DNA of 64,000 bases, from NCBI GenBank assembly GCA_963753595.1, contig CAVWCX010000019.1:1-64000 (forward strand), in the 5' to 3' direction. Shown piece after piece: positions 33,181 to 46,008 of this stretch. The notes under the pieces were generated by a model that was not told the DNA's origin, did no database searches, and was given only the letters and a program-made list of their open reading frames with translations. Numbering within the stretch: the first letter of the stretch is position 1; every line of letters starts with the position of its first letter. This DNA comes from Candidatus Methanoperedenaceae archaeon. Its GTDB lineage: Archaea; Halobacteriota; Methanosarcinia; Methanosarcinales; Methanoperedenaceae. Position numbers and translations under genes: made by a program.

Positions 33181-34014
33181 ATGGAAAAGTTACTCTTTGG
33201 TACTGCCGGCACTCCAAAAAGCTCGAATGGAACTGATAGTCTGTCAGGTATAAAGCGTGTTCATGAGCTTGGTCTTGGCTGTATGGAACTTGAGTTCGTC
33301 CATGGAGTAAAGATGGGCGAAGAGACTGCCCGGAAGGTAAGCGTCCTGGCAAAGAACCTAGATATAATATTAAGCGTCCATGCCCCTTATTACATAAATC
33401 TAAATGGTGAAGGTGAAACCCGGATAAAAAGCAGGGAACGAATACTGAATTCTGCGCGGATCGGACACATATGTGGTGCAAAAAACGTGGTTATTCATGC
33501 AGGTTTTATACAGAAAGATTCGCGCCATGACGCATATGAAAAAATTAAAAATGAACTTATCCAGATCAGGGAACAAATGGATAATGAAAGTATAAACATT
33601 ACACTTCGTATTGAAACAATGGGACGGATTTCACAATTCGGTAGCCTTGATGAAGTTCTTGCGATCACAGAAGTTGCAGGCGTATTTCCCTGTATTGATT
33701 TTTCACATCTCCATGCCGTGAATGGAAAAAATAATTCGAAGGAAGAATTTGCAGGTATCCTCACTTCCATTGAGAATAAACTTGGGCGGGATGGCCTGAA
33801 CAACATGCATATACATGTTTCAGGGATAGAATATACTTCAAAAGGTGAGAAAAACCATCTTGAATTCGAAGCGTCTGATTTTAGATATAAAGAATTAGCT
33901 CAGGCTTTTTTTGAATTCAATATTAAAGGAATGGTAATATGCGAAAGTCCCAATCTGGAAATAGATGCCTTGAAATTGAAAAAAGAATTTGAAGATTTAA
34001 CCTGTTGTAAATAG
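33181..34014 (+). CDS. nfo: Endonuclease IV (TIM-barrel AP endonuclease)
   Basis: FGTAG, HAPYYINLN, IETMG, DFSHLHA, HIHVSGI, ICESP. Confidence 0.92.
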   Translation: MEKLLFGTAGTPKSSNGTDSLSGIKRVHELGLGCMELEFVHGVKMGEETARKVSVLAKNLDIILSVHAPYYINLNGEGETRIKSRERILNSARIGHICGAKNVVIHAGFIQKDSRHDAYEKIKNELIQIREQMDNESINITLRIETMGRISQFGSLDEVLAITEVAGVFPCIDFSHLHAVNGKNNSKEEFAGILTSIENKLGRDGLNNMHIHVSGIEYTSKGEKNHLEFEASDFRYKELAQAFFEFNIKGMVICESPNLEIDALKLKKEFEDLTCCK

Positions 34015-34449
34015 GTCATGCATCGAATAAGGATTCAAAGGAACCCCTGTTATTTCTTCAATCGGTTTTTCTTTACAGCCACGTAATGTCAGGACTCTCT
34101 GGCATACGGGGCGAGTACAGTCCGGACAACGTTTTATTTTTTTCATAAAAAATTATAATTTTATAATTCCTGCGTTGCCGCTGCCTTTTAGTATTGCCTC
34201 ATATTCGTCAATGAACAGGTCGCGCATATTTTCGAGGAGGAACATATTCCTTGTGCATAACATTACTTTATTTGATGCAAGCCGCTCAGGTGCGCAACTT
34301 TCCATCCACAAAATTACTTCGTTTGATTCGCTCATTCTCTTCATCTCCTTGCATGATAATGATGTTTATTATCATAATAATCATTTCAATTATTAGTATA
34401 AATATTTTGTGGTTAAATGGTTCTGTTAAGTTTGTTGTTTTGGTATTTC

Positions 34450-38277
<3,828 letters not shown>

Positions 38278-38427
38278 TTAAATGCCGGTAAAAATTTGAG
38301 TTCAATCACGAATCATTAACGAATATTAGTTATTATACGGCAATGGCCATAAAATCGGCGCAGGTGACAAGGTTCAAAGCACCCAATAAAATAATAAGCG
38401 TACACCGCTATTCTGTATATTACAAAT

Positions 38428-39258
38428 ATGGTTCATCTTGGTAAAATTGCCTTTGCTAATTGTGATTTTCCCTATTATGCAATGGAACATGGAAAGATAA
38501 GAACAGATGATATTGATATTATTGAAGCGCATCCGGTTGAACTTGCACGAAGGTTGCAGGCAGGTGAACTTGATATAAGCCCCATATCATCGATCATGTA
38601 TGCAAAACAGGATGACCTTCTCATATTACCTGGACTTTCCATTACTTCAAACGACTTTACAAAGAGTGTCCTGATCTGCTCAAATGGAGAAATCGAAATG
38701 TCTGGTTTTGAAGGAAAAACACTATGCATCCCCGAAACTACTGCCAGTTCGGCAACTCTTGTTAAAATTATTTTGTGGTTAAAAGGGGTGAATGTCAATA
38801 TCAGGCAATGCAATGGAACGGATATCGAAAAGATGCTAAAACAGGGTGATGCTGCCCTTTTGATCGGGGATAGCGCCATTCATGCTATTGGAAAATACCA
38901 TATAATCGCTGACCTTGGAAATGAATGGAAAAAGCTTACAGGGAAGAAAATGGTCTATGCGCTGTGGGCTGTGAGGGGGGATTTCGCACGAAAATATCCC
39001 GGTAAAGTAAAATATGTCCACGACATACTCCTTAAATCCAAGGATTTTGCATATGAAAACATTAACGAGATCGCTGGTAATATAGGACGGCAGAAAAACA
39101 TTGATTGTAATTTCATGAAGGAATACCTTCACACTTTGAATTATGATTTTGATGAAGAAACTGTGGAAAGCCTCACGCTCTTTTTTGAATATGCCAGGGA
39201 ATGCGGAATCATTGGAGAAGCGAAGCTTCGATTTTTCGATAATTTGATTAAGGATTAA
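38428..39258 (+). CDS. mqnA: Chorismate dehydratase MqnA (futalosine menaquinone pathway)
   Basis: GKIAFANC, DISPISS, TASSATL, LLIGDSA, DLGNEW, MVYALW. Confidence 0.88.
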   Translation: MVHLGKIAFANCDFPYYAMEHGKIRTDDIDIIEAHPVELARRLQAGELDISPISSIMYAKQDDLLILPGLSITSNDFTKSVLICSNGEIEMSGFEGKTLCIPETTASSATLVKIILWLKGVNVNIRQCNGTDIEKMLKQGDAALLIGDSAIHAIGKYHIIADLGNEWKKLTGKKMVYALWAVRGDFARKYPGKVKYVHDILLKSKDFAYENINEIAGNIGRQKNIDCNFMKEYLHTLNYDFDEETVESLTLFFEYARECGIIGEAKLRFFDNLIKD

Positions 39259-39320
39259 ACCAGAGGTAAAATCAATGGATAAACGAGAGATTGTCAAAAA
39301 GTTTGGTTTGGGGGGTTATC

Positions 39321-39925
39321 ATGAAATATTTGAAAATAAGAAACCGCAGATTCCGAGTCGCGCCTCGGAAGGACGCAGACACGTATGCCTGCGTGGCATA
39401 CGTGGATTCCCGCTCCCGAAGGGTAATCGGGACGCCGATAAACGCGGATTTGTGATAGCGTATCTGCGTTCATTTGCGTTTATCTGCGGTTTTATTGATT
39501 CCAACAAACACCAACAGATTTTACATCCAGCTCGACGATTTATGCTTATATTCGTGATATTAGTGATCTTTGCTATATCGGGTTGTATTGATGAAAATCC
39601 CGTTACCAACGCGAACCAGACAATAATAACAACACCAACAGCCACTCCAACCCCGGCGTTTGGAGTTACTGAGCCAAAGACTGTTTACGTTAAGATCAAA
39701 GGCAGCCAGTTCGATCCTCCTGAATTAAAAATTGTGAACGGAACGAGTGTAAAATGGACAAATGGTGATAGTGCTACTTATATTTTGAATGTGGATGGAG
39801 TGCAATCCCCCCTTATTAACTACAGGGATTCATGGTATCATACGTTCAATAAAACCGGGGTCTTTGAATATAATTGTTCCAATCATCCGGCGATGCCTCA
39901 TGGAAAAATAATAGTTGAAAAATAA
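39321..39925 (+). CDS. Cupredoxin-like lipoprotein; 5' end interrupted by the 152-bp element (alternative start 39542)
   Basis: Lipobox ISGC, Thr/Pro linker, FDPPELKI..G..VKWTN, YNCSNHPAM. Confidence 0.8.
39341..39492. mobile_element. 152-bp palindromic MITE/REP-like element
   Basis: Terminal IR AAACCGCAGAT / ATCTGCGGTTT with three internal hairpins. Confidence 0.7.
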
Positions 39926-39947
39926 AAAATATTAATTGACTTACATT

Positions 39948-40757
39948 ATGCCAGAAAGCAACAGGACATTCAAAATAATTATTTTTATCCTTTCAATATT
40001 ATTGATAGGATCATCTGCATTTTTATTTGTAAGTCTTGAAGAAATAAAACAAAAAGATGCATCCATCACAGCTTTGTCTGTTGAAATAACATCGCAAAAA
40101 CAACAAATTTCAGAACTTGGATCTAACATATCAAACCTGGAAGGAAATCTATCCAGGACAAAATTGCTCCTGAAAAATGAAACGCAAACACGAGAGAAGC
40201 TTGAAGAGGAGATCATAAATCTTACGACGGTGACCAAAAGTGACTACGGAGTACTTGGTGTCGATGAAAATAATATCGGCCATGTGATACCTCTTGAAGT
40301 GATCCTTAAAGAGGGAACGAGCAACTTATTTCTCAATGTTGCAAATGTTCTTGTAGATGAATCAATGCAATCTTCTGCGCAGACCGCAATACAGGTAGCC
40401 CGGCAAGTGACACGGACAAGCCTTACTGATAAGGATGTCCTGATCAATATCAAAGCGCCCGCACAGGAGGGAAGGTTGATTATTTCAGGCGGCAGCGCCG
40501 GCGGGGCTATCACAATTGCAGCTATTGCCGCAATGAAGGGAATACAGCCGCGAAAGGATGTTCTGATGACAGGAACGATCAATGAAGACCATTCCATAGG
40601 CAAGATCGGCGCCCTGAGGGAAAAAGGCATGGCTGCGCGTGAGTATGGCGCAAAGCTGTTCCTTGTGCCGCCGGGCCAGAAGAGTGAAGTGGGAGAGATC
40701 GGAATTGAGGTGATGGAAGTCAGGACTATTGAAGAGGCTGTGAAATATGCGATATGA
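39948..40757 (+). CDS. Membrane-anchored Lon-like (S16) serine protease without ATPase domain
   Basis: N-terminal TM, coiled coil, SGGSAG (Ser), MTGTI..D.SIG.IG.L.EK (Lys), LFLVPPGQ. Confidence 0.88.
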   Translation: MPESNRTFKIIIFILSILLIGSSAFLFVSLEEIKQKDASITALSVEITSQKQQISELGSNISNLEGNLSRTKLLLKNETQTREKLEEEIINLTTVTKSDYGVLGVDENNIGHVIPLEVILKEGTSNLFLNVANVLVDESMQSSAQTAIQVARQVTRTSLTDKDVLINIKAPAQEGRLIISGGSAGGAITIAAIAAMKGIQPRKDVLMTGTINEDHSIGKIGALREKGMAAREYGAKLFLVPPGQKSEVGEIGIEVMEVRTIEEAVKYAI

Positions 40758-40888
40758 TCGAGGGTTTTGATTTGGATTAGTAAAACGGGGCTGTCAAAAA
40801 GTTTGGGGTGAAGACGTCATCGGGTTTTGAAAATTAAAAACAGAAATGTTAGATATTTAGATTAATTCAATGAATCAAGTAAAACAGT

Positions 40889-41390
<502 letters not shown>

Positions 41391-41394
41391 AACA

Positions 41395-42329
41395 TTATTC
41401 GACTTTGAACACTTTTTCCCATTCTATACTAACTCTTGGAGTATGCTTAATTTCATTTAACGCTAAGCCAATTAAATCGCCCCAATTAGTTATTCCTTCA
41501 TCTATACCGCCTACTTGGGCAGGTGTCATACCTTCTAAGTAGTCATGCTCTTTAAAGAAATTATAGTGTGTCATATATCCATCCATAACGATTCTTGCGC
41601 TATTCTTTTCTTTTAAATCCCTCATTACTTTTGTTCTCTGTTTAACTGTACTATGAAATCTCTCAATGAGATTAGTGTTAATTGGTGATTCAAAGCCTTC
41701 TGATTCTTAAGATGAACTACTCTATTCTCTTTGAGATTAGAGTAAAAAACACTATTGAAAGCTTTATTATACTGTCCTAACTTATCAGTGATTATTACCT
41801 TTGGTCTTGTCTTGGATCGCAATTTTGCCATAGTAAATAGTTTCTCTGCATCTTTCTCAGTTCTCGTACTGGATAAATGAGAGGCTATCAGGAATCTTGT
41901 TTCACTGTCAATAATATCCCAAAACCAATAGTGTTTACCCCATAGGTCAATAACAGTCTCATCTGCTACACAGACATCTGATAATTCAGGTCTTAGGGTT
42001 AGAACATAGTTATTTACTATCTTTGAAAATGCAACTACCCAACGCCATAAGGTCATTTTAGATAATTTTATATTGTTTAGAGTCATTGAATGTTTGATTG
42101 ATGTTTTTATAACTCATTCCATTATAGTAAAACGTTAGCGTTTCAATGATAAGCTCTTTCGGATACTTCATTTTAGGATAACAATCATTACCTGCAAACT
42201 TACTATTGCAGAATTTACAAAGATAATATTGAGTATCTTTATAAAATCCGTTTTACTGACATTATTTGAACCGCAAACCCGACAGGTTATAGGTCGTTCA
42301 ATTGTAGTTGTTTCTTGATGTAGTGCCAT
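41395..42329 (-). mobile_element. IS6/IS240-like DDE transposase with N-terminal zinc ribbon, frameshifted into several pieces
   Basis: MALHQ...CRVCGS...YLCKFC; TLWRWV, VADET, WDIID, IITDKL, IERFHST, YNFFKEH..L...TPAQ. Confidence 0.8.
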
Positions 42330-42598
42330 AGCTTCACTCTGTTAACCAAATACTATTTTCTAAATCTCTAATTGTTTTTTTTATTTTAATTTCATGCTCT
42401 TTTTTAATTTCTTCAAATAATTCATTCATATTTCTTAAAGTTAACACTTTCAACAACTATATTAAAAAATTCCATAATTGTTTTTTGAATTTCATCTATT
42501 TCTTTCTCGTTATCACTTGCAATTAGTGTATCCACTAAAATCAATTTCCATCTACTCATTCCATCTTTATAATTTGGTTTCTGTAAACAGAGAGGGTA

Positions 42599-42982
42599 TT
42601 ATAGTTTACCATAGTGTTTTTCATTATAGAATCTAACACGTTGACTAATATTAGAAAGGAATTTAGTTTGATATCTCAATGGTTCTGGTGGTTCCATTAT
42701 GTCCCATTTAGTTGATATTTTATTTCCAACGAATGTTACTATTTTTAAATTTAATTCAGTTATAAGAGCTTCTGCTTGGCTATTATATAGTTTAATTTTC
42801 TCATTTAAAGCTTTATTATTTTTAATATCATCAGAAAGAATTAGATATTTTTCATCAATACAGAAATTACATTTATCGGTATCATCTGTATAATTAATAT
42901 CTGCAATTGAAGGTAACAAACGTATGCGGGCAAGCTTATTTGAGCAGGTATAACTAATCATACGATGCAATAAGCAAAGCAA
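42599..42982 (-). CDS. Hypothetical protein, possibly a fragment (AT-rich, foreign-looking)
   Basis: 127-aa ORF in an AT-rich region next to the IS. Confidence 0.35.
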   Translation of the reverse strand: MLCLLHRMISYTCSNKLARIRLLPSIADINYTDDTDKCNFCIDEKYLILSDDIKNNKALNEKIKLYNSQAEALITELNLKIVTFVGNKISTKWDIMEPPEPLRYQTKFLSNISQRVRFYNEKHYGKL

Positions 42983-43099
42983 GAATAAAACTACCTATTA
43001 TTAACGATACCCATAGTTTGATACAATAGGGTATTTGAGGAATTAAATCAAACATAAACACCATCGCAGAAAGAATACCTACTAAACATTCGCTCAATT

Positions 43100-43806
43100 T
43101 TAGATTTATGAGAATACCTTAAAATATTCTTAAATCATAAGGATTATAATAAGATGTGAAGTAAACGATAACAATAAAAGATTATATAATAATATTAAAA
43201 TAATAATTTTAAGGGAAAAAGGAGTTAAGAATATAGATGAATGTGAAGATGGAAATGATTATAAATAGAAGATAAAAAAGAATTATGTTTATGAGACTAA
43301 AATAAGAAAGGATAAAGAAAAAGAGTATTATGGAAATAAGGTTTTTGTTTATTTTTTAAAGTTACTAGAAATAAAATAAAAGATGTATGTAGAATTTGGA
43401 ATGAGTTTAAAGAGTGAAAAAGAAGATTTAGATAGAGATATGGAAATGATAAAGAAGATTGATATATAAATAGATAGAATTAGGTTTGATAAATATTATA
43501 GTTTTTATTCTTATGTAGATAAATTTGGAGAAGAGAAAGTATATGTCATTATAAGAAAAAATGATACAGTAAGAGGTTCGTGGAAATGGAAGATTAAGAT
43601 GGAAGATTTTGTAAATAATAAGTTCTCATATATTGGACAGTATTTTAGTAGAAACAATTCTGAATCAGGATTTTCAGCAGATAAAAGAATGTTTGAATGG
43701 ACGATGAGACAAAAAAGGGATGATAGGATTGATAAAGATTTGAATTGCACAAGGGTATGACATAATCTCATGAAACTGTACATAAATTAATTCTGTCTCA
43801 CAGCAC
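43100..43806 (+). pseudogene. Degraded DDE transposase remnant (IS5/ISNCY-like) with probable right end
   Basis: Manual translation DRIRFDKYYS...VDKFG..KVYVI..KN.T.RGSWKWK...RNNSESGFSADKRMF.W..RQKRDDRID...HNL; followed by CTGTCTCACAGCAC. Confidence 0.65.
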
Positions 43807-43955
43807 AGTAGAACAATAAATATAAATAAAACTTCTTATAGTTTTATAATTGGGGAGTGCTATGGCAATATGTAATTGGGAAATTAATCTTGACCGAAAA
43901 AAAAAATTGGAAATATCCGGGTGGATTTCCAATTATGCAGAAGTGGTGAACAGAA

Positions 43956-45842
43956 ATGAAACGATTCCAATCTTCGAAATATATGCTCATTGCATTGATT
44001 TCAGCATTGTTGTTAACAGGTGGTGCGGTAGCGCAGGAATGCGACGTACCCAATGCATTGCTTAAGGCACAGTTGTATGATGATGCCCTGACTAATTATA
44101 CTGATTTGCTGAATCAAAATCCAAACAGTTCCTGCGCGCAGAAAGGAATCCAGGATGCACAGCGTTTTTTGACAATAAAATCCTATGAGATAGGTCAAGC
44201 TTATGAAAATGCCAGTCAATTTAATGAGGCTCGAATAGCGTATATAGAGACTCTGAAAACGTACCCAAACTACATCCCTGCTCAAGAGGCTCTTGAAAAA
44301 GTAAGCGATGATAAGTTCGCTGCGGTGCAAACATTGGCAAATCTTGGTTATTATACTGAGGCCACAGCCAGACTCAAGAAAGTCGTAGAAGATAATCCGG
44401 GCGCTAAAGTGCCCAAAGACCTTGAATATCTCCCTGGAAGGTCTATATTTTTATGGGGATACATACGAAACTGGATAGAGATATGGGGACAACCTCTGGC
44501 AGAGATTGTAATTTTCCTGCTTGGATTATATGTCCTGAGATACCGGATTGGGCCCTGGATGTTGGGATTATTCAAACTTAAATGGGATATCAAGGAATTC
44601 AACACGGCATCAGACCTCGATATAGGCAAAGGAATGATGGCGATGGTGGAAGGATCTTTTATGCAAATAGGAAAGGAATCAGGGCATGAGCATTTGCATT
44701 TAGTATCTGAGGAGTATCAAGATCTCAATAAAATTCCTGCCGATATTAAAGCTGGGTCGCCGCATATAATGTGGGCGTCAAATTTGATTGAGTGGATATT
44801 TCCTTCGAAAGTTATAATGATATCAGGTTATCTGGAGAAGCCAGGGATCGACGGAGTTGGACTGACATTGTCCACTGTGAATAGTCTGACCGGGGAAATC
44901 CTGGGAAATATTACGTTATGGCAGAAAGACTATGATACAGAGATAAAGCCGGCAGAGTCTACAGCGGGGGACAAAAATCTGGCGTCTTCATATTATTACC
45001 TTGTAGAGCCGGCAGCAATATGGGTATTTTTCCAGTTGAATGAACAGAGAAAGGCTGCAAAAGAAGAAAAATTTGCCCTTCTAGGCACCGATGACTGGAA
45101 GAGTTATGCACACTTCCAAGCTGGCGTCCGCTGGCAGCTTGAAGGCAAGAAGGATAAAGCGCGACAGCAATATGTGATGGCTCAGAATCAAGACATGAAT
45201 AATTATGGGGCTTTAATTAACCTTGGATATTTGGACATTGAAGATAAAAATTATAATCGTGCTATAGAGCGATTATCGAAGGGGATAGAGATGGCGGAGA
45301 AATCTAAGAATTATCCTAGAGAGAGGGCGTGGTTTGTGGCGATGTACCAGCTGGCGGCCGCCTACCATTACAAGGGCCATCTGTTGCGAAAAAAACCGGT
45401 TTGTGCACATGAATGCATAGAAAAAGCAAAAGAACATTGTCAAAATTTGCTAAAAGCAATTAATAAGGAAAAGTTCTTGGAGTCGATTGAGCCGAATGCA
45501 ATTATCATGCATGCGTCAATCCTGATAGATTTGGCATATCAAGGAGAAACAGATCAAAACAAGATAGAAGAAGCAAAGTCAAAAATAAAGAACATTGAAA
45601 CTGTGTACACTAAACTTGCCCCACGGGTCCGGTATAATTTGGCCTGCTACTACTCGATTGTTGGAGATAAGACAAGTGATCCCAAGGATTATAAAAAGGC
45701 ATTAGAGAACCTTGAATATGCTATCGAAGGAGGGGGCGAAATCATCCAATGGGCGAAGATCGATCCTTCTTTGGAAGGAGTCCGTGAGGTTAATAACAAA
45801 GATTTTGCTAATTTGATCAAAAAGTATTCACCCCAGGAATAA
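43956..45842 (+). CDS. Signal-peptide/TM protein with TPR repeats on both sides of the membrane
   Basis: Signal AVA-Q, TPR-like repeats, TM near aa 180-200, C-terminal TPRs ending YNLACYYS...WAKIDPSL. Confidence 0.8.
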   Translation: MKRFQSSKYMLIALISALLLTGGAVAQECDVPNALLKAQLYDDALTNYTDLLNQNPNSSCAQKGIQDAQRFLTIKSYEIGQAYENASQFNEARIAYIETLKTYPNYIPAQEALEKVSDDKFAAVQTLANLGYYTEATARLKKVVEDNPGAKVPKDLEYLPGRSIFLWGYIRNWIEIWGQPLAEIVIFLLGLYVLRYRIGPWMLGLFKLKWDIKEFNTASDLDIGKGMMAMVEGSFMQIGKESGHEHLHLVSEEYQDLNKIPADIKAGSPHIMWASNLIEWIFPSKVIMISGYLEKPGIDGVGLTLSTVNSLTGEILGNITLWQKDYDTEIKPAESTAGDKNLASSYYYLVEPAAIWVFFQLNEQRKAAKEEKFALLGTDDWKSYAHFQAGVRWQLEGKKDKARQQYVMAQNQDMNNYGALINLGYLDIEDKNYNRAIERLSKGIEMAEKSKNYPRERAWFVAMYQLAAAYHYKGHLLRKKPVCAHECIEKAKEHCQNLLKAINKEKFLESIEPNAIIMHASILIDLAYQGETDQNKIEEAKSKIKNIETVYTKLAPRVRYNLACYYSIVGDKTSDPKDYKKALENLEYAIEGGGEIIQWAKIDPSLEGVREVNNKDFANLIKKYSPQE

Positions 45843-45988
45843 TCGGATTCATCCGACCTGCCCATCTGATTCTGAAAGCTGATACGCTCCATGAAACACT
45901 TGCGAAAAAGCTTGGCATCAGCGCCAAGCTACTGCGGCGCTGGGCGCTTTTGGCTGACCTGATGCGCATCGTAGGAAATAAAGATTAA
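45842..45988 (+). pseudogene. Truncated DUF4332-like (helix-hairpin-helix) fragment
   Basis: Frame translates to ...ETLAKKLGISAKLLRRWALLADLMRIVGNKD*. Confidence 0.5.
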
Positions 45989-46008
45989 GGTCCAGTAGAT
46001 ATTGATAG

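Larger units (their letters stand above)
39287..40806 (+). repeat. Two direct copies of a 20-bp IS-end-like sequence (39287-39306 and 40787-40806)
   Basis: GAGATTGTCAAAAAGTTTGG vs GGGGCTGTCAAAAAGTTTGG (17/20; 15-bp core identical), 1500 bp apart. Confidence 0.55.

Noticed and set aside
34153-34344. 63-aa ORF at the edge of the degraded zone
   Set aside because: It is possibly the 3' remnant of a real gene but is too corrupted to assign.
39275-39492. Long N-terminus of the 216-aa ORF
   Set aside because: It is read-through of the palindromic element, not part of the cupredoxin.
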